Below, in pieces: positions 51,149-60,707 of a stretch of DNA of 64,000 nt. How positions within the stretch are numbered: the stretch's first letter is position 1; every line of letters starts with the position of its first letter. This stretch comes from an uncultured Anaerolineales bacterium (GTDB lineage Bacteria; Chloroflexota; Anaerolineae; Epilineales; Epilineaceae). The notes beneath the pieces were generated by a model. The model was not told the DNA's origin and made no database searches. It saw nothing but the letters and a program-made list of their open reading frames with translations. Both the position numbers and the translations under genes were made by a program. Location of the stretch: assembly GCA_964651245.1 (NCBI GenBank), contig CAZYVI010000002.1, positions 78,484-142,483 on the forward strand, in the 5' to 3' direction.

Positions 51149-54100
51149 ATGACCCCGTCGCCGACCCGCCCGCGCGTCCGCGCCGCCGTGCTGGCCGTGG
51201 CCCTTGCCGCCGCCGGCACCGCGCCCGCCGCCTCGGCCCAGGCGCCGCAGCCCCGCCCGATCTACCTGCCGCTCGTCGGGCACTTCAGCCGCGACGCGCT
51301 GGCCGCGCCGCAGCCGGCCGCCACCGACGCCGCCACGCCGGGCGCCCGCCCGTCGCCGACGCGGCCGGCGCCGTCGCCGACGGCGCCGGCCGGCGCCGGC
51401 CGCTGGACCAACGTCACGCTCAGCCGCCACGTCTCGGCCCTGCACGCCGAGGCGGGCACGCCCCGGCTCTGGGCGGCCACGACGTCGGGCCTCGTCGTCT
51501 GGGACATCGAGGCCCGCACATTCGCCAAGGTCACCGTGGCCGACGGCCTGCTGTCCAACACCGTGACCGCAGTCCATGTCGACCCGGCCGGCCGCGTCTG
51601 GGTGGGCCACGAGGACGGCGTCAGCATGTCGGACGACCGCCGGACGTGGCGGGCGCTGCGAGACGAGGACGCGCTCTACGGCGTGCTCGTCAACGACATC
51701 GTCGGCGACGCGGACGGCGGCGTCTGGTTCGCCACGCCCGAGGGCCTGATGCACCGGGCGCCCGACGGCACGTTCGACGCCGTGCGCACCCCGGCCGCGC
51801 TCGACGGCGCCGACGTCACGAGTGCGCTGCGCGACCGCGCCGGCCAGCTCTGGTTCGGCACCGACGGCGCCGGCCTGGCGCGCCGCAACGCCACCGGCGG
51901 CTGGCGCGTCTTCACGCCGGCCAGCGGACTGCCCAGCGCCAGCGTCTTCGCCCTGGCCGAAGGCCCCGACGGCCGCGTCTGGGCCGGCACCGGCGCCGGC
52001 GCGGCCCGCGTCGAGCCGTCCGGCGCGTTCACGACCTTCAACCGGGCCCGCAGCGACGTCGGCCAGGGCGAGCTCGGCCGTGTCGACGCGCTGGCCGTGG
52101 CGACGTCGGGCGAGGTCTGGGCGGTGGCCCAACGCAACGCTTTCCGCATCGCCGCCGGCGCCGCCGAGGCCGTGTTCGACCACGACGACAATTCCTTCGG
52201 CGTCGAGGCGCTGGCCGCGACGCCGAACGGCGTCGTCTGGTTCGGCTACGAGACCGGTCTCTACCAACGGACGTCGATCGGCATCTGGATCGACTGGACA
52301 GCGCCCGACCCGCTCCCGTCCGGTGAGATCACCGCCATCGGCGCCGACGGCGATGACGTCTGGTTCGCCACCGCGGCCGGCGCCGTCAATTGGAGCGCCG
52401 CCGACGGCTTCCGCACGTGGAGCGCCGCCGCCGACGCGTCGCACGCCTTCTTCTTCGACATGGCGGTCGGCACCGACGGGTCGGTCTGGCACGCGACCGG
52501 CGACGGCCTGATCACCCTCTTGCCCGACGGCGAGCTCGTCGCCCACCACGTCGACGCCCCGCTCCCGCTGAGCTACGTCGCCGCCGTGGCGCTCGATGCC
52601 CAGGGACGGCCGTGGATCGGCACCGGCCCGGGCGGCGCCGGTCCGTACAACCTGGCCTGGCGCGGCGCCGACGGCACCTGGCACGGCGTCGCACTGCTCA
52701 ACCCTTGGTCCGGCAACCTGTCGTACTACATCGTCGACATCGCCCCGGCCCGCGACGGCTCGCTCTGGATCGCCGGCGGCGACGGCCTCTACCACGTCGC
52801 CCCCGATGGCCGGCGCCTGGCGCACTACGACGAGGTCGACCTCGTCGGGTCGAGCCTCGTGCTGGCGGTGGCGATCGACGATCAGGGTCGGGTCTGGGCG
52901 GGGACCTCCGGCCTGTTCGACGAAGGCACCGGCCAGGTCGAGGGCGGCGGCATCACCGTCATCGAAGGCGACGACCTGACGTTCTACGGCGCCGCCGAGT
53001 TCATGCCCGGCGCCGCCGCGATCCGCGACATCGCCATCGACGGCGACGGCGGTGCCTGGATCGCCACCGACGCCGGCTTGAGCCACCGCGACGCGGCCGG
53101 CCGCTGGACGCAGCACCGCGCGGCCGACGGCGTACCGCCCGGCATCGCCGCAGTGGCCGTCGACGCCGCCGGCGGCGTCTGGGCCACCGCCTACGCCGGC
53201 GAGGAGGGCAACCCGGACGACCGCCGCACCGCCGTGGTCCATCGGGCCCGCGGCGGCCGCTGGACGGCCGTGCCGCAGATCGCCACGCCCTTCGGCGTCG
53301 ACATCCATCCGGTCGGCGTCGTGGCCGATCCGGCCGGCGGCGTCGTCTTCGGCGCCCCGCGCCACATCGTCCGGCAGTCCGCCGCCGGCGCCCGGCGCGC
53401 CGCGTTCTCGGGCGTCGACCTCCAGGTACTGCGCGACGTCGTGACGGTCGACGGCCAGGCCTGGTTTGCCGGGCTCGAGGGCGTCGCCCGCCGCCGGCCG
53501 TCCGGCACGTGGCGGATGTGGACGGCGTCGGAGGGGCTGCCCGCCGGCATCGTCCGCGCCGTCCAGCCCGACCCTGACGGCGGCCTCTGGATCGGCCTCT
53601 CCCCGACCGAGCTCCCCGGCGAGTCGCCTGTCGGCGGCGGGCTCGCCGTCCTCGGCCCCGACGGCGCCTGGCAGACGTTCACCCGCCAGGACGGCCTGGC
53701 CTCAAACCACGTCAACGACCTTGCCCTGGCCCCCGACGGCACCCTCTGGGTGGCCACCGAGCCGGAGGTCGACGACGTCGGCGACAGCCTCGGCGGCGGG
53801 GTGAGCCGCCGCGGTCCGGACGGCACCTGGCGGACCTTCACCGCCGCCGATGGCCTGCTGGACGATTGGACCTCGCGCGTCGCCGTCACCGCCGACGGCA
53901 GCGCCTGGTTCGGCAGCCTCGACGGCCTCAGCCGATTCGCCCCCGACGGCACCTGGTCGACGCTCCAGACCGACGGCGCCATCCTGTCGCTCACCCCCGG
54001 CCTCGCCGGCGACCTCTGGATCGGCACCTCGGACGGCGCCGCCCGCCACCGCCCGGACGGCACCCTCGACCTCTATGCCCCCGCCGACGGTCTCGGCGAC

Positions 54101-54187
54101 GTCAACGTCACCGCCATCGGCGTCACCCCCGACGCCGTCTGGTTCGGCCACCTGTTCCACGGCCTGAGCCGCCTGACGCGGCCCTGA
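51149..54187 (+). CDS. secreted protein built almost entirely of two-component-regulator propeller (Reg_prop) repeats
   Basis: Signal peptide MTPSPTRPRVRAAVLAVALAAAGTAPAASAQAP. About 20 repeats of the Reg_prop type (VWVGHEDGVS, VWFATPEGL, LWFGTDGAGL, VWAGTGAGA and similar). No kinase or HTH domain. Confidence 0.7.
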   Translation: MTPSPTRPRVRAAVLAVALAAAGTAPAASAQAPQPRPIYLPLVGHFSRDALAAPQPAATDAATPGARPSPTRPAPSPTAPAGAGRWTNVTLSRHVSALHAEAGTPRLWAATTSGLVVWDIEARTFAKVTVADGLLSNTVTAVHVDPAGRVWVGHEDGVSMSDDRRTWRALRDEDALYGVLVNDIVGDADGGVWFATPEGLMHRAPDGTFDAVRTPAALDGADVTSALRDRAGQLWFGTDGAGLARRNATGGWRVFTPASGLPSASVFALAEGPDGRVWAGTGAGAARVEPSGAFTTFNRARSDVGQGELGRVDALAVATSGEVWAVAQRNAFRIAAGAAEAVFDHDDNSFGVEALAATPNGVVWFGYETGLYQRTSIGIWIDWTAPDPLPSGEITAIGADGDDVWFATAAGAVNWSAADGFRTWSAAADASHAFFFDMAVGTDGSVWHATGDGLITLLPDGELVAHHVDAPLPLSYVAAVALDAQGRPWIGTGPGGAGPYNLAWRGADGTWHGVALLNPWSGNLSYYIVDIAPARDGSLWIAGGDGLYHVAPDGRRLAHYDEVDLVGSSLVLAVAIDDQGRVWAGTSGLFDEGTGQVEGGGITVIEGDDLTFYGAAEFMPGAAAIRDIAIDGDGGAWIATDAGLSHRDAAGRWTQHRAADGVPPGIAAVAVDAAGGVWATAYAGEEGNPDDRRTAVVHRARGGRWTAVPQIATPFGVDIHPVGVVADPAGGVVFGAPRHIVRQSAAGARRAAFSGVDLQVLRDVVTVDGQAWFAGLEGVARRRPSGTWRMWTASEGLPAGIVRAVQPDPDGGLWIGLSPTELPGESPVGGGLAVLGPDGAWQTFTRQDGLASNHVNDLALAPDGTLWVATEPEVDDVGDSLGGGVSRRGPDGTWRTFTAADGLLDDWTSRVAVTADGSAWFGSLDGLSRFAPDGTWSTLQTDGAILSLTPGLAGDLWIGTSDGAARHRPDGTLDLYAPADGLGDVNVTAIGVTPDAVWFGHLFHGLSRLTRP

Positions 54188-54568
54188 CCGGTCGACACGA
54201 CACCCTGATACTCGCCCGCCAGCCGCCCTCGTCCGGCCGGACCCCGGCCCCCGCTATGCGCCACCGCGCGGACCAGCCCCCCACGGCCCCCGTGACCGCA
54301 CCTCCGATGCCGGGGGGTCCAGGGGGGCGCAGCGCCCCCTGGTCGAGGGTGCAGGGGGGCCGACGCCCCCCTGCGACATGCACGAACACGGGCGCCCCGC
54401 CTCCCCCAGCCCGGCTCGGCGGCTCTGCAGATCGTGCGGCCGCGGGGCATTCGGACGCCACCGGCCGCGGCGCGCGGGCATCGTGTGGGGATGCGCGGCG
54501 GGGGTCGGGCGGGGATGGGTGGGGTGTGGGGTGTGGGGTGGTTGGGGTGGTTGGGGGAGGGCACCCAC

Positions 54569-54590
54569 GGGGGGGTGCCCCTACCGGGTG
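54569..54590. repeat. REP-like GC palindrome, copy 3 (GAGGGCACCCACGGGGGGGTGCCCC)
   Basis: Near-identical to copy 2 at 8889-8911. It overlaps the stop codon region of the tandem M1 peptidase gene, in a convergent intergenic region that also holds other GC hairpins (about 54320-54390). Confidence 0.6.
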
Positions 54591-57500
54591 CCGCCCGTTT
54601 GCCACGCCGCGGCGATCGCATCGCACGCCATCGCGCGGCTGTCCGCCACCCGCGCCACCCGCACCTCGGCCAACAACGACGCGTCGGGATCCACCGTCAC
54701 GCCCGCGGCGCCGCCCTTCACCATCACCTCGACGTCCGCCAGCGCCCCCGTCAACATCGCGCTCCCGCGCTCGCCTGCCCCGCCCTCGACGTCGACCGCC
54801 ACCACCACCGGCAGGTCGAACGCCGGCTCCCCCTGGCACAACCGCACCGCCACCCGATCGCCGTGCTGCGACCACGCCGCGTAGAGCACCGGGTTGCCCG
54901 CCCGGTGGACCCACTGGTCGAAGAACCCGCCCACCTCGTCGGTCGCCGCCTCTCCGCCCACCCCATCGCCCACCCCATCGCCCAACCCATCGACCACCTC
55001 AGCGCCCACCCCGCCGGCCGCCGCCGCCCCGGCCGCCGCCATCGCCGCTTCCAGGTCGTCCGTTCGGGCGTTGCCGTACTGATGCGCCGCGTAGTACGAC
55101 CGCACCGCCTCCCAGAACGCCTCCTCGCCCATCCGCGCCCGCAGCATGTGCAGCACCCAGCCGCCCTTCTCGTACGTGTTGGCGCCGAACATATCGGCCA
55201 GCACCGGCTGGCTCACCGGCGCCGCCACCCCGCTGTTGAGCACCGTGTAGCGCAGCGCGTCCATCCGCCACCCCAGCAGCTCCGGTCCGACCCGGTCGAC
55301 CCGCCAGAGCTCGGCGAAGTACGTCGCGAACCCCTCGTTGAGCCAGATGTCGGCCCACGAGTACGGGCTGATGGCATCGCCGAACCACTGGTGCGCCGCC
55401 TCGTGCGCGATCAGGCTGTGCGACCCCCGCGGCGTCCGCGTCGTGAAGACGTTGGCCCCGATCGCCGTCATCGACTGGTTCTCCATCCCGCCGCCGAAGT
55501 CGGGCGCCGCGAAGTGCCCGTAGCTGTCGAACGGGTACGGCGCCACCTGCCGGCCGAACACCGCCAGGATGTCCGGCGTCACGTCGGCCACCCGCAGCGC
55601 CGTCGCCGGGTCGTTGAGCACGAAGTGGCGGATCGGCACCCCGCCCGGCCCGGTCTGCTCGGCCGTCCGATAGCGCCCCACCGCCACGCCGGCCAGGTAC
55701 GTCGCCATCGGCTGCCGCATCTCGTAGACCACCGTCGTCTCGGCCGCCCCGGGCCGATCCTCGACGAGCACCCCGTTGGCCGTGGCCACGAACGGCGCGG
55801 GCACGGTGATCTCGAACCGCCAGCGCGCCTTGTCGCGCGGGTGGTCGTTGCACGGGATCCAGTTGCGCGTCCCGTCCGGTTCCGAGATCGCGTACATCGT
55901 CTGCTGGCCGTGGGGCAGCAGCCCGCCGCTGAACACGTCCTGGCCGCCCGGCCGCGGCACCCCGTCGTACGCCACGCGCACCGCGAAAGGCTCGCCCATC
56001 CCCACCGCCCGCGGCAAGTCGACCCACAACTTGTGCGCATCCGCCGGCCGCTCGAACGTCGCCGCGGCGCCGTCGACCTCGACCGATGTCACCGTCAGAC
56101 CGGTCGCCCCGTCGTCGCTCAGGCGCATGAAGTCGAAGCTCAGCGACGCCAGCCCCGAGATCGTGCTCGTCGCCTCGATCGTCGTCTCGGCGTCGATCCG
56201 CCGCGCCACCGGGTCGATGCGCGCCCGGACGGTGTAGGTGACGACGTCGTAGCCCGTGTTGCCCAGGTAGGGCAGGTACGGGTCGCCGATCGAAGGCGCC
56301 GGCACCTCGGCCGCCCCCGCCGACCGCGCCGGCGGCCGGGCGCCGGCCCCCGCCATCGCCGCCGGTGCTTCCGGCACTGCCGCCGCATGCCGCCGCAGGT
56401 GGCGCGCCCGCTCGGCGGCGGGAATCCCGATGCCCTCGTCCGCCGCCCCGGCCTCGTCCGCCGCCCCGGCCTCGTCCCACGCCACGCCCCCGCCCATCGC
56501 CGCGCCAGCCGCGCCACCCGCGCCCGCCGCCACCCCGCCGCCCGTCGCGATCGCCGGCCGCGGCAGCGCCTCGCACGCCGGCAGCGGCGCGTCGCCCACG
56601 GGGTGGACGACGACGTCGGCCAGCAGCTCCTGGCGCGGGTCGGGCGTGATCGCCTCGAGCCGCCCGGCGTAGCTCAGCGCCAGCACCTCGTCGGCTGCCG
56701 TCACCCGCAGCTCGGTCGCCGCCACGCCCGCGTCGCCGTGGAGCGCCAGCGGCAGCGCGAACGCCGCCGGCGCCGCCGTCAGCTGGCAGACCCGCGCCTG
56801 CAGCGCGCCGCCGGCGCGCGACCACGCCAACAGCAGCCGCGGCACCCGGGCGGCGCGGAAGTCGCCGTCGAACAGCGCGCGCACCGGCCCCGTCGGCCCC
56901 GTCACGCCGTCGATCGCCGCCGCCTCGAGGGCGTTCAAGGACGCCAGCAGCTCTGGCGTCGTCTCGATGTAGTCGCCCAGCACCGTCCAGAACAGACGAT
57001 CCCCCAGCAGCAGCCGCAGCCGGTGGAACGCGAACGGCGCCTTGTTCGCCGCCACCGCCTGTGTCGACGCCGACCCGTCGCCCGGCAGCTCGGCCAGCGC
57101 TGCGTCGGCGGCGACGCCCGAGGCGTAGGACAGCTCGAACGCCGCCAGCCGGGCGCGGACGATCTCCGGACCCTGGTCGCGCGCCAGGTAGAGCTGGGCC
57201 AGGTAGGTCGCCAGGCCGGCGTTCAGCCAGTCGTCGCCGCGGTTGCGCACCCCCACCGCTGCGCCGAACCACTGCCGCGCCATGAGCGCCGCGTTGCGCT
57301 CCCAGTACACCGTTCGCGCCCCCGCCTGGTTGCGCCCGACGACGAACAACCCGGCCAACGACGTCGAGTTGGCGGCGCCCGACTCGACGACCGTCAGCGC
57401 CTCGAAGGGGTAGCCCAGCAGGCGCGCCGCGTACCAGTCGAGCTGCCGGGCCAGCGCCGCCAGCGTCGGCTCGGCCGCCTCGGGCGCGCGCAGCAGATAC

Positions 57501-58396
57501 GCCCGGAACGGGATGCCGCCGGGGCTGCCCCGCTCGACGACGGTGTACGGGGCGATGTGGACCATCACCTCGCTCGTCGCCATCGGCTGCCGGCTGTAGA
57601 ACGCCGTCGTCACCCGGTCGCCGTCGCGGAACTGGCGCACCAGGCCGCCGTTGCCGACGGTCACGTACGGATCGGGCGCCGTCAGCGTCAGGCCGAGCTC
57701 GGCCCGGTCGCGCGGGTGGTGGTTGCCCGGGAACCAGTTCATCGCCCCGCCGACGGCCGACCAAATCTGCAGCGTCTCGCCGGCCCGGCGGACGAGCAGC
57801 CCGCTGCCGTTGGCGCGCGCGCTGCCGCCGTAGTGGAACCGCAGCTTGAACGGCGTGCCGAGGCCCAACGGCCGCGGCAGCGCCACCCAGAGCTTGTTGC
57901 CCGGCCCCGACCACCACTGCGCCGGGGCGTCGTCGAGCAGTACCTCCACCGGCCCGCCGGGCAGGACGAAGTCGAGGGCGATCCGCTCGACGCGCTCAAG
58001 GTTGCCGTGGCCGACGAGCGTCGTGATCGCCGTGTAGTCCACCCGCGGCGGGTCGCCATCCACGCCGCGGTCGATCGCGAACGTCAGGTTGACGTCGTAG
58101 CGGTCGATGTCGATGCCCGGGTAGCCCAGCCCCGGGGCGCCCGGATCGCCCAGCGACGCGCTGTCCATCGCCCAGCCGCGCAGCGCGAGGGGCAGGTACG
58201 CCAGCCCCGCCGGCCGCTCGGCCGACACGGCCGGCGTCGGCGTCGGCGCCTGAGCGGCGGCGCGGTCGGCGGCGTCGGGACGAGGCGCGACGAACGCCAG
58301 CGCGAGGGCCGTGACGAGGGCTGCGGCGGGCGGCGTCGACCGCAGACAGCGGCCGGTCGCGACGAAGGACGGCGGAACGGGGCGGCGCGACGACAT
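54581..58396 (-). CDS. secreted tandem M1-peptidase protein: degenerate N-terminal M1 unit plus intact C-terminal M1 unit
   Basis: Signal peptide. The first M1-like unit has ARQWFGAAVG where HEXXH would be. The second has GGGMENQSM (GAMEN-like), HEAAHQWFGD and LNEGFATY. Short tandem coding repeats (GDGV x3, AGAADE x2). Confidence 0.7.
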   Translation of the reverse strand: MSSRRPVPPSFVATGRCLRSTPPAAALVTALALAFVAPRPDAADRAAAQAPTPTPAVSAERPAGLAYLPLALRGWAMDSASLGDPGAPGLGYPGIDIDRYDVNLTFAIDRGVDGDPPRVDYTAITTLVGHGNLERVERIALDFVLPGGPVEVLLDDAPAQWWSGPGNKLWVALPRPLGLGTPFKLRFHYGGSARANGSGLLVRRAGETLQIWSAVGGAMNWFPGNHHPRDRAELGLTLTAPDPYVTVGNGGLVRQFRDGDRVTTAFYSRQPMATSEVMVHIAPYTVVERGSPGGIPFRAYLLRAPEAAEPTLAALARQLDWYAARLLGYPFEALTVVESGAANSTSLAGLFVVGRNQAGARTVYWERNAALMARQWFGAAVGVRNRGDDWLNAGLATYLAQLYLARDQGPEIVRARLAAFELSYASGVAADAALAELPGDGSASTQAVAANKAPFAFHRLRLLLGDRLFWTVLGDYIETTPELLASLNALEAAAIDGVTGPTGPVRALFDGDFRAARVPRLLLAWSRAGGALQARVCQLTAAPAAFALPLALHGDAGVAATELRVTAADEVLALSYAGRLEAITPDPRQELLADVVVHPVGDAPLPACEALPRPAIATGGGVAAGAGGAAGAAMGGGVAWDEAGAADEAGAADEGIGIPAAERARHLRRHAAAVPEAPAAMAGAGARPPARSAGAAEVPAPSIGDPYLPYLGNTGYDVVTYTVRARIDPVARRIDAETTIEATSTISGLASLSFDFMRLSDDGATGLTVTSVEVDGAAATFERPADAHKLWVDLPRAVGMGEPFAVRVAYDGVPRPGGQDVFSGGLLPHGQQTMYAISEPDGTRNWIPCNDHPRDKARWRFEITVPAPFVATANGVLVEDRPGAAETTVVYEMRQPMATYLAGVAVGRYRTAEQTGPGGVPIRHFVLNDPATALRVADVTPDILAVFGRQVAPYPFDSYGHFAAPDFGGGMENQSMTAIGANVFTTRTPRGSHSLIAHEAAHQWFGDAISPYSWADIWLNEGFATYFAELWRVDRVGPELLGWRMDALRYTVLNSGVAAPVSQPVLADMFGANTYEKGGWVLHMLRARMGEEAFWEAVRSYYAAHQYGNARTDDLEAAMAAAGAAAAGGVGAEVVDGLGDGVGDGVGGEAATDEVGGFFDQWVHRAGNPVLYAAWSQHGDRVAVRLCQGEPAFDLPVVVAVDVEGGAGERGSAMLTGALADVEVMVKGGAAGVTVDPDASLLAEVRVARVADSRAMACDAIAAAWQTGGTR

Positions 58397-58479
58397 GGCA
58401 CGACTCCGCGGGGGCCTCGGGTGCGAGGTGCGGGAGCGTAGCCAGCGCGCCGGCGCGCGTCAACCGGTCGGGTCGGCCG

Positions 58480-59613
58480 TCAGCCCCCGGCCGCCCGCGC
58501 CGCCGCCGGCGCCGTCGCCGGCCGGTCGGGCGGCGCACCGGCGCGCCGCTGGGCGTCGATGCGCCCGATGATCCAGGCCGCATCCCGCCCCACGCCGCCG
58601 ATGAGCTCCGACACCCGGCTGCGCATCCACGGCAGGCCCACGGCGTAGAGCCCGGGCGCGTCGACGACGCCGCCGCGCTGCCGCAGCCGCCCGTCGCGGT
58701 CGACAGCACCGGGCACCGCCAGCCAGCGGTAGTCGGGCCGGAAGCCGGTGCACCAGACCACGGCGTCGAAGTGGCCCACGGCCTCGGCGGCGCCGGATGC
58801 GTCGGCGGCCAGGAAGCCGTGCTGGGCGTCGTAGCCCAGCGTCCGACCCACGGCCCGGATCCGGCCGCGCCGCAGCGCGTCGCGCAGGCCGTAGCCCAGG
58901 ACGACCTCGCCGGTGCCGAACGTCCACCGCACCAGCGGGTGGTCGGGGCCGATGCGGTTGTAGCCCAGCGTTTCGCCCCAGCAGAACACACTGCGGCCCA
59001 GCACCGTCAGCGGCACGTAGCGCGGGCGGTCGCCGATGCTGATCGTGACGTCCTTGCCGGCGCCCAGGAGCTCCACGGCGATCTGGGCGCCCGAGTTGCC
59101 GGCGCCGACGACGAGCACGCGCCGGCCCGGCAGCTGGGCCGGGTTGCGGTAGTCGCCGGAGTGGAGCTGGACCGCATCGGCGGGCAGCGCGGCGGCGAAC
59201 GGCGGCCGGACGGGCGTGTGGCATGCGCCGGTGGCCACGACGACGGCCGGCGCGCGCCAGCTGCCGCCGCGCGTCGTCACGACGTAGCCGGGCGCGCCGC
59301 GCCGGCCGGCCGGCGCGACGCGGCGCACGGCCTGGCCGTAGCGGACGTCGAGCCCCTGGGCGGTCGGGTAGCGGCTCAGGTAGGCCGCGATCTCGGCGCC
59401 GGTCGGGAAGCCGCCAGGGCGGCCGGGCAGCGGCAGGCCGGGCAGGGTCGAAAAGCGGCGCGGGGTGTAAAGCACCAGGCTGTCGTAGCGGGTCCGCCAG
59501 GCCGCGCCGGCCGCGTCCGCGGCCTCGAGGATGACGTAGCGCAGCCCGGCCCGCCGGGCATAGTACCCCGCCGCCAGGCCCGACTCGCCGGCGCCGACGA
59601 TGACGACATCCAT
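58480..59613 (-). CDS. flavin-containing monooxygenase-like NAD(P)/FAD-binding oxidoreductase (FMO/CzcO family)
   Basis: MDVVIVGAGESGLAAG (FAD fold) and a second Rossmann fold RVLVVGAGNSGAQIA. Alternative upstream start at 59653-59655 (MEHQH...). Confidence 0.65.
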   Translation of the reverse strand: MDVVIVGAGESGLAAGYYARRAGLRYVILEAADAAGAAWRTRYDSLVLYTPRRFSTLPGLPLPGRPGGFPTGAEIAAYLSRYPTAQGLDVRYGQAVRRVAPAGRRGAPGYVVTTRGGSWRAPAVVVATGACHTPVRPPFAAALPADAVQLHSGDYRNPAQLPGRRVLVVGAGNSGAQIAVELLGAGKDVTISIGDRPRYVPLTVLGRSVFCWGETLGYNRIGPDHPLVRWTFGTGEVVLGYGLRDALRRGRIRAVGRTLGYDAQHGFLAADASGAAEAVGHFDAVVWCTGFRPDYRWLAVPGAVDRDGRLRQRGGVVDAPGLYAVGLPWMRSRVSELIGGVGRDAAWIIGRIDAQRRAGAPPDRPATAPAAARAAGG

Positions 59614-59810
59614 CACCGACGCCTCGCTGGCGCCCGTCCCGTGCTGGTGCTCCATGGCCACCGTATTGTCGCCACGGCGGCGCCGGATGGCCACTTCGGG
59701 CAAGCGCGGCCGGCGCGGTGCGCGCCAGCGATCGCGCCCGATCCCGCGCCGTGCTCCGGGTGGCCGCGCCGGACCCGCGCCGGCGCCATGCCGTCCGCCG
59801 CGCCGCCCCG

Positions 59811-59839
59811 TTGACGCGCCGCGCCCGCCCGCCTATCGT
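59811..59839 (+). promoter_or_regulatory. candidate sigma70-like promoter TTGACG - 17 nt - TATCGT, placed for leaderless expression of hrcA
   Basis: -35 at 59811-59816 and -10 at 59834-59839. The ATG at 59846 is only 6 nt downstream of the -10, with no Shine-Dalgarno sequence. Confidence 0.4.
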
Positions 59840-59845
59840 TCGGCC

Positions 59846-60664
59846 ATGACCCCACGGCCGCCGAGCGAGCCTGCCATGACCGAGCGCCAGGCGATGGTGC
59901 TGGGGCTGATCGTCCGCGAGCACGTCGCCCTCGGCCAGCCGGTCGGCTCGCACTGGCTGGTGGCGCACTACGACCTGGGCGTCTCGAGCGCCACCGTCCG
60001 CAACGAGATGGCGGCGCTGGAGGAGTTGGGCCTGCTGAGCCAGCCGCACACCTCGTCGGGGCGGGTGCCGACGGTGGCGGGCTACCGCCTGTTCGTCGAG
60101 CGGCTGATGCGCCACGCCGCGCTCGACCCGGCCGAGCGGCGGGCGATCCGCCAGCAGTTCCGACAGGCGGGCGGCGACGCCGAGCGCTGGCTGCGGCTGG
60201 CGGCGGCGGCGGTCGCGCGCGCCTCGGGCGCGGCGGGGTTGGTGGCCGTCCCGGACGGCCCGGTGCTGCCCAGGGTGGCCCACGCGCCGGACGGGCGCGC
60301 CCTGCCGGCCGAGCTGGCGGCGCCGCGCCTCTACCACGCCGGCCTGGCGGAGTGCATCGAGGCGCCGGAGTTCGCCGACCCGGCGCCGCGGCGCGGGATC
60401 GTCTCGCTCCTGGAGCGCGGCGACGGCCTGCGCGATGTGCTTCGGCAGCTGCCGCCGGACGGCGTCCACGTCCTGATCGGCGGCGAGCCGCCGCTGGAGC
60501 GCGTCCCGTACCTGACGCTGGTCGTCGCCCGCTTCGTGCGCGCCGGCCGTCACGGCATCGTCGGCGTCGTCGGCCCGACGCGGCTGGCGTACGAGCGCGC
60601 CGTGCCCGCCGTGGGGTTCGTCAGCGGCGTGATGTCGCGCGAGGTGGGGGGCGAGGTGGCGTAA
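59846..60664 (+). CDS. hrcA: heat-inducible transcription repressor HrcA (relatively short form)
   Basis: QPVGSHWLV...VSSATVRNEMAALEELGLLSQPHTSSGRVPTVAGYRLFV is the HrcA winged-helix signature. At about 272 aa it is shorter than typical HrcA. Alternative start at 59876. Confidence 0.75.
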   Translation: MTPRPPSEPAMTERQAMVLGLIVREHVALGQPVGSHWLVAHYDLGVSSATVRNEMAALEELGLLSQPHTSSGRVPTVAGYRLFVERLMRHAALDPAERRAIRQQFRQAGGDAERWLRLAAAAVARASGAAGLVAVPDGPVLPRVAHAPDGRALPAELAAPRLYHAGLAECIEAPEFADPAPRRGIVSLLERGDGLRDVLRQLPPDGVHVLIGGEPPLERVPYLTLVVARFVRAGRHGIVGVVGPTRLAYERAVPAVGFVSGVMSREVGGEVA

Positions 60665-60707
60665 CCGGGGCGACCGTCGCCGCGCCCCGTCATGGCCGGA
60701 GGCCGCT

